DNA of 61,904 nt from a virus (lineage: Duplodnaviria; Caudoviricetes): positions 1-61,904 of IMG/VR virus record IMGVR_UViG_3300042556_002563; one strand, given 5' to 3'. A model generated the notes under the pieces. It worked only from the letters and a program-made list of their open reading frames with translations. It had not been told where the DNA came from and made no database searches. Within the stretch, counting starts at the first letter, position 1. The number at the start of each line of letters is the position of its first letter. Below, piece by piece: positions 21,980 through 31,855 of the stretch. A program made the position numbers and the translations under genes.

Positions 21980-22288
21980 CTAGTAATTATTGTCGTCGTC
22001 TTCGTCTTCGTAGTGCCGCTGCTTGTGCCCGGGTTTTTTATTCGCTTTCGGCCCTTCGAGTTCGTCGGCCGCTTTGTTAAGCCACTTAGCCAGTTTCCGG
22101 GCGTCAGCGGGTGTTAACAGTGGCGCCTGCGAGCCATAAACATCAACGACTACGCCTGATTCGGAATGCCCTCCGGCGTCCCAGCTACCAGCCTGAACAA
22201 CCACAGTTGGTGATTCTTTCGGATCCGCGCCCGCAAGAATGTTCTTAAATTCTATTAGATCGGGCGTATTTGCGACAACGGTAGCCAC
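21980..22288 (-). CDS. Hypothetical protein
   Basis: GTG-start ORF that fits the gene tiling. Confidence 0.55.
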   Translation of the reverse strand: MATVVANTPDLIEFKNILAGADPKESPTVVVQAGSWDAGGHSESGVVVDVYGSQAPLLTPADARKLAKWLNKAADELEGPKANKKPGHKQRHYEDEDDDNNY

Positions 22289-22294
22289 GCGACG

Positions 22295-22561
22295 TTAATC
22301 CTTTTCTGTATCGTCCACAATTACCGGTGCTAGCGCGCCCCCGCAGCCGCTAACAAAACGCCCGGTGTAGTATTCCTTGGCGTCTTCTTCGGATAAACCG
22401 TCCGCCAGTAGTTTTTCGTACAGTTTTGTTTTGCTGTACACCGCTACCGGGTCCGCATTGCCAACGTACCCGAGTCCAATTAACGCACTGTCCATATTGT
22501 CAAACAAAAAGGCGTCTGGATTCAAATCGCTTAATTGCGCTAAAACGTGATGTGGTGACAT
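22295..22561 (-). CDS. Hypothetical phage protein (D.ALIG...VAVYS...G.S.E.A.EY family)
   Basis: Coupled ATG; motif common in small phage proteins. Confidence 0.65.
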   Translation of the reverse strand: MSPHHVLAQLSDLNPDAFLFDNMDSALIGLGYVGNADPVAVYSKTKLYEKLLADGLSEEDAKEYYTGRFVSGCGGALAPVIVDDTEKD

Positions 22562-23064
22562 TACGCAACTCCATTCTGGATATCTTCAAGAAACAAAATA
22601 GCCACGTCACTCGCGCGGCGGTAACCCTCTCGCACACCGTTTTGATAGTCTGCGTTGCCCGGCGGCGTATTTTTACCCGTGAAATCAGCTATTGTTGCCA
22701 ACGCTGCAATTGCTTTGTTGCGCAAATTACGGTAATCCGGCGAACTCAAAACAGCAGCATTGTCCGTAGACGCCGCAGCTGCGTTTATTTTTGCGGCCAG
22801 TGGTACCGTCACGCCCAACTGCTTCATCGCGTTTGTAATTTGGAGCAATGCGTCAAAATCAGAAAAAGCCTGCGGCGTATTCGGCACATATTTCTGCGCC
22901 AGTGTGTGTAACGAAATACACAAACTAGTCAGTTCTAACGACTTGCTTCTGCCAGTAGTTAGTACGGTTGATGTAATTGCGGCGCTATTTTTCGCCCCGC
23001 AAACAAACCGCTCGCGCAACAATTGTTGCGGATGCACATGAGTATCCATCACCAATGCCATCAT
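22561..23064 (-). CDS. Hypothetical protein
   Basis: ORF coupled on both sides; start uncertain. Confidence 0.55.
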   Translation of the reverse strand: MMALVMDTHVHPQQLLRERFVCGAKNSAAITSTVLTTGRSKSLELTSLCISLHTLAQKYVPNTPQAFSDFDALLQITNAMKQLGVTVPLAAKINAAAASTDNAAVLSSPDYRNLRNKAIAALATIADFTGKNTPPGNADYQNGVREGYRRASDVAILFLEDIQNGVA

Positions 23065-23711
23065 AAATCCTTTAGAAATTGGGCTTTGTTATCAAAATAC
23101 TGCTGCCACAAACTATACACATGACCATGTGTTTCTTCTGGCGTCGCTGCGTTTGCCGAGATACAATGCACTTTACAGGCGACATCCGGTACGGTTGCCG
23201 CATAGCGCGCGTACGCGTCGCACATGCGGGTCTGGTCAGCTAAGCATCTGCGCTCATACCGATCACGTGGTTCGCCGATGCGCGCGCGACTTTCTTCCGG
23301 GCTGATATCTAAAAGAAAGCAGAGATCCGGGGAAACCCGCGACGTTTCCCTGAAAATCTGCAAAATCAAATCCGTAGAGATGCGGTTGATTTCGCCCTGA
23401 TACACCAGCGTCGACAGCAGCCATCGGTCACAAATAATCGTGACGCCGTCTTTAAGCTGCGCGCTGATATACGCGGCCAATTCCGCACGCGCAGCAGAGA
23501 ATAGCAGCATTTGTGCTGCCGGCGCGATTGGCGCCTCATTGTCGAGCAAAATTTCTCTGATGGCCTTACCGACACGCGTTGTGCCCGGGTCTGCCACAAG
23601 CTCAACAGGGATGTTTTGCGCCTGTAACCGCGCGTACAGCATCCGGGCTTGCGTACTTTTCCCGGCGCCGTCAATCCCCTCAAAACAAATAAACACTGGA
23701 ATCCTTTCCAA
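23061..23711 (-). CDS. tmk: Thymidylate kinase
   Basis: FEGIDGAGKSTQ P-loop, LLFSAAR, ICDRW..S..YQ motifs. Confidence 0.93.
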   Translation of the reverse strand: MERIPVFICFEGIDGAGKSTQARMLYARLQAQNIPVELVADPGTTRVGKAIREILLDNEAPIAPAAQMLLFSAARAELAAYISAQLKDGVTIICDRWLLSTLVYQGEINRISTDLILQIFRETSRVSPDLCFLLDISPEESRARIGEPRDRYERRCLADQTRMCDAYARYAATVPDVACKVHCISANAATPEETHGHVYSLWQQYFDNKAQFLKDL

Positions 23712-23721
23712 GTTCAGCCGC

Positions 23722-24042
23722 TTAGCGGCCAGTAATATGCACGCTGGCAGAATCTCCGAGTACAGGCTTTACAATTTTGGTGCCAGCGTTTCCAGTGATA
23801 TTGACAGCCGGCGCGACAGTTTGGTCACCAACATCCTTGGGCGCTTCAAATAACAATAATTCCTCCCCGTCGGCGAACCGTAACGCCATTCCCGATTGCG
23901 CGAGCCCAAGACCAACGACGCCACGAGACGACAACCACTGCGCCGCGTAACCGCAAAACGACTGAAGTTCGGGCGTTAAGCGCGCTGCATCTTCATGCGC
24001 ATAGTCGTCAAGAATCTTGTTTAGAACTTCGCTTCTTTGCAT
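23722..24042 (-). CDS. Hypothetical protein
   Basis: Start re-assigned to MQRSEV (ATG 24042). Confidence 0.55.
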   Translation of the reverse strand: MQRSEVLNKILDDYAHEDAARLTPELQSFCGYAAQWLSSRGVVGLGLAQSGMALRFADGEELLLFEAPKDVGDQTVAPAVNITGNAGTKIVKPVLGDSASVHITGR

Positions 24043-24772
24043 AACGCACCTTTCGCTTTTTAGGTTCCGCCGCTGCTTTTTCTTTTTCTGCTGCCGCAAC
24101 ACGTTCCCGAAGCGCCTTTGTATTTTGTGCCACGCATTTGTCAAGCTTTGCTTTTTGCCGGCAGCTTTTTATCGTCTGGCTCACGTCAGATAGCATGTTC
24201 CGCGCTGCATGCACGTACAACCGCAAGACATAGAACCGGCTGGCAGCGTGAATCGCCAGAAGATCGCCGTCTAGCTGCGTGAGCACCTTTTTTGTTTTCG
24301 GAACAGCTGGCATTCCCGCAGAATTCAGCAATTTCAACGCAGCTTTAGCGGTACAAATAATGTCAGCCACAACGACAATTTGCGCGCCAACAGGACTCTG
24401 ACTCAGTCGGCCACGAAACTCCATGTCGCGCTTTGTCTCGACCAGCCTAAAGTCACGGCTAATGTCCGCCACCATCGCAGCAATCTGGACCGTAGTGGTC
24501 TCTGCGATATTTTCGAACGCGCAGGCGCTGACATTGAGTACATCATGCAGCAAAGCTGTCTGCACAATCGCGCTAATGCTGTCTTTGGTATCGTCGGGCA
24601 TAAAATCAGCCCGCACGTCCTGATACAACTTCTGCGCAATTGTCTCTGCCATATACGCTACGGCCACACAATGGTCGACGAGTGTTTCGCCGAATAATGC
24701 CTGCCGTGAGCCGTACTGCTGTTTTGCAAAAGTAAGCGTTCTTTGAACTGGTGTGTCTGCTGCTTTTTTCAT
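24008..24772 (-). CDS. HD-domain protein, RelA/SpoT hydrolase (Mesh1)-like, degenerate
   Basis: R....GE....H..VA, ALLHDV, VA.I and VADI motifs; GGAGG SD upstream of ATG 24772. Confidence 0.7.
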   Translation of the reverse strand: MKKAADTPVQRTLTFAKQQYGSRQALFGETLVDHCVAVAYMAETIAQKLYQDVRADFMPDDTKDSISAIVQTALLHDVLNVSACAFENIAETTTVQIAAMVADISRDFRLVETKRDMEFRGRLSQSPVGAQIVVVADIICTAKAALKLLNSAGMPAVPKTKKVLTQLDGDLLAIHAASRFYVLRLYVHAARNMLSDVSQTIKSCRQKAKLDKCVAQNTKALRERVAAAEKEKAAAEPKKRKVRYAKKRSSKQDS

Positions 24773-24789
24773 GGCACCTCCGTGTGCCG

Positions 24790-25833
24790 TCAGACGAGCC
24801 GCAATATTGTCTGCCATCCAAGATCAAATGCCTTGCGCCTCGCCGCTAAGTTGTAATTGATGCGTTTATTGAGATCGTCAATGTGCCACGGCTCGGCAAT
24901 GAGTGTCTGTAGCGCGGTTATCAGACCCTCGTAGTCTGGCGCCGCGTGCGGAACCCCATTGTCGTCGTAGTCTATCTGTGTTTTTACCAGTATTCCGTTT
25001 GTGTTCGGGTAGATGTAGTCGTTTTGTGGCGACAGATTGAACGCCAAAATTGGTGTACCGCAACTAATCGACGTTAAACCACAAATACCGTAGTTGTCAC
25101 ATTCTGCCGGGAAAATAGTTAGGTCGTGCTCGGTATATAGCGCCGGCCGGTTTTTAAGCGCCACATTCCGCAAAAGTTTAACGCGGCCATCCGTTTTTTG
25201 CCCGAGTTTCTGAAAAAATTTGGCTATGCCCGGGGCAAATCGGCAAGAAGTGATCGCGACGGTCAGCTGCGCGTCCGGCATTTTGGGCAGCAAATACCCC
25301 AGCAAACTGAGAAACTGACTATTCGCGCACCGGGCATTCCTGTCAAACCACGGTAAAAATATCTTAACCTGCCGCTCGTTTACCGCTTTGGTTTTTTTAA
25401 TTACCGGCATACCGGCATCAAACGGGATAAGCGTTACGTTTTTGAACTTGTAAACCGTGCTAAACAGCTCGCGGCACTCTGTAGTGAGCGCAATAACGTG
25501 ATCAACATTTTTCAGCACTTTTCGAAATGGCCGCGTAAGATCCTGCCACATTGGAACAACGACGGTAGCCGCGCCATAGCGTTTCGCATAATTCAGCTGT
25601 TCAATCTTCGGCGGCTGTGTCCAAATAATAGTAGAACAGCGCTGCGCCCAGTGCGTGTACTTACAAACACGTTTGTGCACAACGCTGTTGTCTTGCGCGG
25701 CAGATAATTTTGCCGGCGGACTATCCGAGTAAATTGTGTACTCGACGCCCTGTTTGCGTAGAAAATCCGCAAGGCGTAACGCGAGATAAGCCGCATCGCA
25801 ATGCGCGTAGTGGGTGTAGATGCCAATGCGCAT
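24790..25833 (-). CDS. Glycosyltransferase, GT-B (GT4-like) fold
   Basis: MRIGI N-terminus; DLTIFP...DNYGI....SISCGTPIL...NGILV C-terminal GT1/GT4 pattern. Confidence 0.75.
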   Translation of the reverse strand: MRIGIYTHYAHCDAAYLALRLADFLRKQGVEYTIYSDSPPAKLSAAQDNSVVHKRVCKYTHWAQRCSTIIWTQPPKIEQLNYAKRYGAATVVVPMWQDLTRPFRKVLKNVDHVIALTTECRELFSTVYKFKNVTLIPFDAGMPVIKKTKAVNERQVKIFLPWFDRNARCANSQFLSLLGYLLPKMPDAQLTVAITSCRFAPGIAKFFQKLGQKTDGRVKLLRNVALKNRPALYTEHDLTIFPAECDNYGICGLTSISCGTPILAFNLSPQNDYIYPNTNGILVKTQIDYDDNGVPHAAPDYEGLITALQTLIAEPWHIDDLNKRINYNLAARRKAFDLGWQTILRLV

Positions 25834-25835
25834 AT

Positions 25836-27791
25836 TTATTGTCCGGCTGGCGCTCCGCCTTGTCCGCCGCCAAATTGCTGCTGCATCAGCATCTGCCCGC
25901 CCTGCGACCGCGCCTGCTGTCGAATATCATCAATCATACTTGTAACAAGCGCGTGCATCGTCGGATCAGCATTCTTGAGCTTTGTAAGTTCAGCGTCTTT
26001 TTGCTGCTCGGGCATCGACAACAGCTGGTTCGCGATAAGTTGCGCCTGTGACTGGAGATCTTCTGGCGTGCGCGGAACATTCGGCGCGTTCTGCCGCTGC
26101 GACAGAAACTGATCAACCGGACTAGGCGGCGGCCCCATAGGCGCGCCCGGCTGCGGCTGCCCGCCACCGCCCTGACTCGGATCGCCGCCGCCTTGTGGCG
26201 GCATACCAGTGGCACTCGCGCCAGTGTCGCCGGCGCCCATCATCATCTGCGGCGACTGACTCATAGCCTGCATTTGCTGCGACTGCTGCATCTCTTCTTG
26301 CATACGCGCCTGTTCTTCGGCGTAGATGCGCTGCTCTTCCAGCATCCGCTTTGTTTCTTCCTCGTAATCCAAACCCACGCTCTTGAGGCCCGTGCTCTTG
26401 CTGATCTGCTGCCCCTGCATGAGTTGCAGCTTCGCCATCTGCCGGTTGAGGTCATCAGCGTGGGTGACGCGAACTAGTTTGGCGCTGACAGGTTCCCACG
26501 ACATAACGCGCGCGATATTGTTAACTAAATCCGACAAGAACACATTCAGGTTGTGAGGTAAATGGCTCCAGTTCGCCTCAAACAGGCGCAAAGCCGCCGG
26601 GGCGGCTTGGAACGTCAGAGTACCGTTAAACAGCTCTACGGGCATGCCAATACACTTCAGCAGCGTTTCCTGCCCTTGGTCTAAAAGCTCGCGCGGAGCC
26701 AGCTGTGTCGCGTCGCCGCCAAGCGCTTGGTAGTTCACTGGAAACGGCAATACGTTCCATCGCGCTGGGTCGGCTCTGCGGGCGCGGATCATAGACGATA
26801 CGCGCGCCGAAAAGCTGGATAAATTAATCGAGTGCACAGGGTCGCCGGACGACGGGTCGCCACCGCGCGGCGCCGGCGTAATGACGCGGAACGGAATAAC
26901 GTAATCTAGCGCTACAGCTTCGTTGTACCGCTGCAGAATCTGGACATACCACGCTTGGCGGAAGTTAGTGAGCACACGGGAAATACCCCAGCCGCGATTA
27001 CGCATGCCGGCCAGCGCGTCTTCCTTCAGATGGAAAATCACGCCCTTGTCGAACATTAAGTTCTTACCGTCTTTGACAGCCTGAATGATTTCCCAGCTAG
27101 CGCGCGAAATATGGTGAAGATGCCCCTGCCGAATCAAGTTGCGGTAGTCTTCAGGGATTTTCCAGACGTACGTGCATTCGCCGGTGTACGGGTCCCAAAG
27201 CAACTCAATCTCGTGCGGACTCCAGCGCTTTACCACCATCTGCGCGTTGTCGCCGCCGCGGCGATCGATGTGCTTCCACTTCCCAACGAACTTGCAATTA
27301 GGGCATGTGGCGTGGAACTGAAAATTCTGCCACGTAAAAGCACACTGCTCAGAGTTATATACGCGCTCCAGCGGCATTTCGAGGCCGCAATGTGGGCACG
27401 ATAAGTAGCGCCGAAACGGCACAATCAGGCTGGTGAACGAATTCCCGTAAGTCAAATAGTCGAGCGCTACGCTGTGCAGCACATTTTTAATACCCAGCGT
27501 CTCTTCCAAAAAGACACGAAACTTTTCCTTCTCTTCGCGCCCAACTGTACTCTCACCAATGTCTTTAACTTCAACATCTGTAATGAAGTAAGACACGACG
27601 CGGTCAATCGCCTGCCTGTACGGGCCGTTAGCGTTCAGGATGTACTCGCACCAACGCAATGCCGTCTGGATGCTCTCGGGCATCGACAAGCTAGCGACGT
27701 CGCAGAACGGGTCTGGAAACCGCTCGTCGGCTTGTACTCCGCGACCGAGCGAGTTATAGCCCATGCCCGATGATGGTTGTAATGCCGACAC
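25836..27791 (-). CDS. Portal-like protein with Zn-ribbon insert and Gln/Pro-rich tail
   Basis: RWCEY...P...AI, DYLTYGNSF, IFHLK...GWG.S pattern; CPHC/CPNC insert; Q-rich C-terminus. Confidence 0.65.
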   Translation of the reverse strand: MSALQPSSGMGYNSLGRGVQADERFPDPFCDVASLSMPESIQTALRWCEYILNANGPYRQAIDRVVSYFITDVEVKDIGESTVGREEKEKFRVFLEETLGIKNVLHSVALDYLTYGNSFTSLIVPFRRYLSCPHCGLEMPLERVYNSEQCAFTWQNFQFHATCPNCKFVGKWKHIDRRGGDNAQMVVKRWSPHEIELLWDPYTGECTYVWKIPEDYRNLIRQGHLHHISRASWEIIQAVKDGKNLMFDKGVIFHLKEDALAGMRNRGWGISRVLTNFRQAWYVQILQRYNEAVALDYVIPFRVITPAPRGGDPSSGDPVHSINLSSFSARVSSMIRARRADPARWNVLPFPVNYQALGGDATQLAPRELLDQGQETLLKCIGMPVELFNGTLTFQAAPAALRLFEANWSHLPHNLNVFLSDLVNNIARVMSWEPVSAKLVRVTHADDLNRQMAKLQLMQGQQISKSTGLKSVGLDYEEETKRMLEEQRIYAEEQARMQEEMQQSQQMQAMSQSPQMMMGAGDTGASATGMPPQGGGDPSQGGGGQPQPGAPMGPPPSPVDQFLSQRQNAPNVPRTPEDLQSQAQLIANQLLSMPEQQKDAELTKLKNADPTMHALVTSMIDDIRQQARSQGGQMLMQQQFGGGQGGAPAGQ

Positions 27792-27808
27792 AATTGCGCC
27801 TCTTGCGC

Positions 27809-27973
27809 CTAGTTAGTGGCTGTACGCGCTGCTTCAGCTGCGCGCTTGCGAAAGTCATTATCCAGCACAGCCACCGCGGGTGTTTGTGCCGGCACGTGCT
27901 GCGATTCTTTCGTATGCTCGGGCGGATCTTCGGACGGGGTTACACCCGGCGCAATAACGCCACGCTTTTCCAT
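27809..27973 (-). CDS. Small hypothetical protein (MEKRGV...)
   Basis: ATG immediately after the upstream stop. Confidence 0.5.
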   Translation of the reverse strand: MEKRGVIAPGVTPSEDPPEHTKESQHVPAQTPAVAVLDNDFRKRAAEAARTATN

Positions 27974-27974
27974 G

Positions 27975-28922
27975 TCATTCCTCGGCATATTGGGCCCGGA
28001 CTGCCCGCTCAACCATTAAAACGCAGTACTCGCGGTTATCATAAACATACTGAAATCCGGTCGTATGAACAAGGTATAACCGCGTATCATCGCTGATTTT
28101 GACAGCCCACGGGCGCTGATACGGGTCATTCGAGGGTGGAAACCAGCGTGCCGCATTCTGATCAAAGCGCAAGTCGTAGACAAGAACAATAAACCCGTTC
28201 TCTTCGGGGCTATCAGGTTCCGCGCGACCTACCGCCACAATTACGTCGTGAAAAAAGGCCGGGACAGTGCCAATGCCTTCTTTCTCAAAATACGTAAGTT
28301 TTTGTGGCGGGCCGATATGCGCAGTTTTTGTAATTACAGGCTGATGCGACGTTGTAATAGGCATTGGTGACTTTTTTAGCCCAAAAGCAGCCATGGGGCT
28401 GTAACCGCGATCAATTTTTTCTACGGGCACTGCCGCTGACCAGCCAGCACTATTTACAGCCTCAAGTGCTTTTGATTCTGCCGCCAGTTCCGCTAATACC
28501 ACTTCTTCTTCCACTACTGCTGGCGGCACAGGTGGCGGCTTTACAACCACGACGGCTTTTTTCACAGGCACGCGCTCCACGCCAGATTTTGCTAGCTTCG
28601 CCAGTTCTTCAAATGCCACAGCTGCGCGCTCCCGGATTGAATTGATATCATTACCGACAACCTGACTTTTGGCTACAGCCATTGCCTGTGCAACTCGCGA
28701 CGAAGTCATCTGATCTAGCGTAACGGCCTGACTATTTGGCCCGTCTGGTTCAATATTAATCTGTATGCTGCCGCGAGCATGCGGATCAAAGTTAATAGGT
28801 ACGCCGCCGGGAGTCGACGGCGCCACAATTACCCCGCGCAGACCTTTTACGCCGCCGCGCATTAATTCTGCCATTGAGCGCCCGTTGTTTAATCGCTCTG
28901 CTGCCGGATCACCGTACTGCAT
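27975..28922 (-). CDS. Hypothetical protein
   Basis: Long ORF downstream of a terminator. Confidence 0.65.
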   Translation of the reverse strand: MQYGDPAAERLNNGRSMAELMRGGVKGLRGVIVAPSTPGGVPINFDPHARGSIQINIEPDGPNSQAVTLDQMTSSRVAQAMAVAKSQVVGNDINSIRERAAVAFEELAKLAKSGVERVPVKKAVVVVKPPPVPPAVVEEEVVLAELAAESKALEAVNSAGWSAAVPVEKIDRGYSPMAAFGLKKSPMPITTSHQPVITKTAHIGPPQKLTYFEKEGIGTVPAFFHDVIVAVGRAEPDSPEENGFIVLVYDLRFDQNAARWFPPSNDPYQRPWAVKISDDTRLYLVHTTGFQYVYDNREYCVLMVERAVRAQYAEE

Positions 28923-28939
28923 TAAAAGCTCCAATAGCT

Positions 28940-28975
28940 AAAAAAAGGGGGGAGCAGCCTACGCTGCTTCCCCCC
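28940..28975 (-). terminator. Rho-independent terminator
   Basis: Minus strand GGGGGGAAGCAGC-GTAG-GCTGCTCCCCCC-TTTTTTT. Confidence 0.85.
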
Positions 28976-29249
28976 TGAACGATTCTGGACTCAGATCGGG
29001 GCACACGTTGTATAACCGATCCCGTGGGATTTGGAAATACAACCTACCCAAGGGAAGCCCACCGCCGCATGCCAAAGGCACTTGTTCTGGCGCGGGTAAC
29101 ACTTCTGCTATCACCGTGCCAGAAATCAAATGCGCTACCACCAAACCTAAACATGCGTCTTTCGAGAAGAACGGCAGCGTGCTCGGCTTAGCGTCTATTT
29201 CTAGAAGCCAAGTGAGCACATCTGTTTCAGGTTTGATGAAGTACCGCAT
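28959..29249 (-). CDS. Hypothetical protein
   Basis: Coupled ORF whose stop lies in the terminator loop. Confidence 0.6.
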   Translation of the reverse strand: MRYFIKPETDVLTWLLEIDAKPSTLPFFSKDACLGLVVAHLISGTVIAEVLPAPEQVPLACGGGLPLGRLYFQIPRDRLYNVCPDLSPESFRGEAA

Positions 29250-30442
29250 CAGGTTTCCATTTCCTCTTGCGCTGCCCGGTGCGCCGGCACCCAGTTCACA
29301 GGAGACAGAAAATCACCGGCGTACCATTCCGGCATCGACTCCTGCCACGCATCAGTCGTGTTGACCTGCGTCCGGCTAAGGCGATTCAACAACACAGGCT
29401 GCCCCGGGCTCAACGCTGCCGCCAACAACTCTTGGTCGGTGGCTTCGCGTTGGGCTCTGGCACTTGCCACACCACGCAGCTGTTCCGCCGCCGCTGTCGG
29501 CATGTGAAACAACGCGGTTTTAATATCAACAACTACAGTCGCCGGCGAGCCCGTATTAAGAAAAGCGTCACACACATTCTCTTCCGACAGCTCATACTCT
29601 GCCAACGCTGCACGAAACTCGGCTGTGATCTCGTCGAAAACAACCTGCGACACACGCTCAGCGTCCTCGATTCCGTGCCGCGCCAGAATCTTTGCGGCAG
29701 GATTTGGAACGCTGATCTCTATGTCCGAAACTTTACTCAGGTCCAATGGCCGATCTACTGCCCCAAGAACAGGGCTGTAGTCTTCGCGAGCCAGATTGTT
29801 ACTGATGCCGTCTGACAAAATCTCGTCGGGCAACACTTCAGCCGCAACCCAGACTGTCTTCCCGACCACCCGCACAAACTGCTGGTACAGCATGTTACGA
29901 TACTGCTCCGCCAACTCTGCCGGCGCCTTTGCTGCGGCCAGCGCCGCGAGCTTCTTGTTATCCACAACTTCTTGACCGGGCTGAAACGGCATTACCAGTT
30001 TCGGCCACACTGGCTCAGCCATGTGCGGCGTTTCGCCGCGCAAGACTGCATACCCGATGTCTGTAATCTTCCGCAGAATGTTGCAGCCAACTTTGCAGTT
30101 CATTCTGTGTTTCGGCCGGTCGAGATTCAGCTGACTACCACGGCCTCCCGAAATAATCGGCGCGTGAAAGTCAATTTTACCGCGAGTCTGGAACACCAAG
30201 CGACCACTCTTCGGATGCGACGACGCCCACGATAGCGTTAGCCCACCGTGCTGCGTCACTTCAAGATTTAACGCCATCGGGCGCGTACCGTCGCCCGGGG
30301 CCCGCATGGTCGTATTAAACGTCCGCATGGCTCCGGGAAGCCAGTCGGTGCCGAGCAGCCCAACGCAGATATCTGACACGCGGTTGAAATTACGCACGGT
30401 GTCAGCGTGAAAAGAACCCAGATCTGAAGATTTCTGCAACAT
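29249..30442 (-). CDS. Hypothetical protein (397 aa)
   Basis: Long ORF with an AGGA SD. Confidence 0.7.
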   Translation of the reverse strand: MLQKSSDLGSFHADTVRNFNRVSDICVGLLGTDWLPGAMRTFNTTMRAPGDGTRPMALNLEVTQHGGLTLSWASSHPKSGRLVFQTRGKIDFHAPIISGGRGSQLNLDRPKHRMNCKVGCNILRKITDIGYAVLRGETPHMAEPVWPKLVMPFQPGQEVVDNKKLAALAAAKAPAELAEQYRNMLYQQFVRVVGKTVWVAAEVLPDEILSDGISNNLAREDYSPVLGAVDRPLDLSKVSDIEISVPNPAAKILARHGIEDAERVSQVVFDEITAEFRAALAEYELSEENVCDAFLNTGSPATVVVDIKTALFHMPTAAAEQLRGVASARAQREATDQELLAAALSPGQPVLLNRLSRTQVNTTDAWQESMPEWYAGDFLSPVNWVPAHRAAQEEMET

Positions 30443-30710
30443 GACCTATTCCTACACAGGAGGTTGTATTCTTTACGACATCGCGACGTTGCGTGTCGTT
30501 TGTAAATTCTTGTTTTTGCGAATAACGCCGCCAGTCATCTTTAGTGACCACGAGGCGTTTATTCTTTTCTTGGTCGTTGCCGTCTTTTTCATATAAGACG
30601 ACCATCATGTGTTCGGCGTCCATTTCGTACTGGCGCCGAACGGGCTTACCCTTGTATGTCTGAAACTTGCCCACGCATCGTTCCTCCTTTGCAGCACTAC
30701 GGCTGCGCAT
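30402..30710 (-). CDS. Hypothetical protein
   Basis: ORF fits the tiling; start uncertain. Confidence 0.5.
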   Translation of the reverse strand: MRSRSAAKEERCVGKFQTYKGKPVRRQYEMDAEHMMVVLYEKDGNDQEKNKRLVVTKDDWRRYSQKQEFTNDTQRRDVVKNTTSCVGIGHVAEIFRSGFFSR

Positions 30711-30774
30711 ATAAATTACGCCGACTGACACCATGACAGTCAGGCAATAAATATGCCCGGATACGACCGCTTAT

Positions 30775-31206
30775 TTAGCTATCAGGGTCGGGCAGTGCGT
30801 TGTCAAATACGTTCAACACGTTATCGTCGTCATCCTGAAAAAATTCGTCCGATTGCGCATTTCCTTTCGGGGATTGCGCCGCTTTTATTTCGGGCGGACC
30901 TTCTAGATGAATGGGGTCTAAGCCAAGATAGCCAGTCTCGTCTGGTTCCAGATTCTCTGCTGGCGGAGCAAACAAAGGCTGCGGACCCCAAGGCGTAAGC
31001 AAATGCCGAAACGGCGGTTTTGATATTTGTAGCCGTGTGCCCGCGAAACTAAACACTGACACGTCGTGATCAATGAGCGCTGTTACGCGGGCGACCAGTT
31101 GCGCCAGCTCAATAAATTCTTCTACGGTGTACGTGCCGTCTGCGTGCAGGATAGCCGCGTAAAATTTAATTTCATTGAGCTGCGGCTTTTGATCGTCGAT
31201 TGGCAT
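30775..31206 (-). CDS. Hypothetical protein with acidic C-terminus
   Basis: Coupled ORF. Confidence 0.6.
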   Translation of the reverse strand: MPIDDQKPQLNEIKFYAAILHADGTYTVEEFIELAQLVARVTALIDHDVSVFSFAGTRLQISKPPFRHLLTPWGPQPLFAPPAENLEPDETGYLGLDPIHLEGPPEIKAAQSPKGNAQSDEFFQDDDDNVLNVFDNALPDPDS

Positions 31207-31850
31207 CAGTCATCTCGCATAGTAAGTGGATCTTCTCCAGTAAACCCGCTGCGCAAACCGGCGAGCAAGATATCTTTGGGGATTTCACGCTGCACTGGCA
31301 AGTGTATTTTTCGCACAACTGGCGGAATCGTTGCGTCTGCCATAAATACGGTGTAAGCGTTCGTCATCACGCCAAACACTGTGACAGACAATACAGATGC
31401 TAAACCCGAAGATGTGGGGTCGGCTATCGTTACTTCTTGCGAAAACGTCTGCGCGAATACGCCCGTTGTGGGGTTAGAAAACGCAATACCGCCCAGAAAC
31501 GAAAAGCACTCTTCGGCGCGGGATTGGTCAATACAGTACAACCGCTTGTCCCAATTTAACGGGCGTGTGGTTCCGGGCAGCGGCTTAACACCCATGCCGT
31601 GAAAAAAGAACTCGCTATCTTTGAAGAGTTCGACGCAAAATGGTCGCATGTCTGCGGTAGGCGCCGGAAACCGCGCATCGAATTCAATAACAGGATCTTT
31701 GTCAAAATCGCTGTGCGTGAACATAAGCGCTGGAGTGAACAACGCTACAGGTTTCTTACGCCGCCGAAGCGCATCAGATAGCGACAGCGTCTGGACCGCA
31801 TCGGCACCAGTGACCGCCTCAATTTCACGAAACGCGTCTGGCCGTTGCAT
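31206..31850 (-). CDS. Hypothetical protein
   Basis: Coupled ORF. Confidence 0.6.
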   Translation of the reverse strand: MQRPDAFREIEAVTGADAVQTLSLSDALRRRKKPVALFTPALMFTHSDFDKDPVIEFDARFPAPTADMRPFCVELFKDSEFFFHGMGVKPLPGTTRPLNWDKRLYCIDQSRAEECFSFLGGIAFSNPTTGVFAQTFSQEVTIADPTSSGLASVLSVTVFGVMTNAYTVFMADATIPPVVRKIHLPVQREIPKDILLAGLRSGFTGEDPLTMRDD

Positions 31851-31855
31851 GATCG

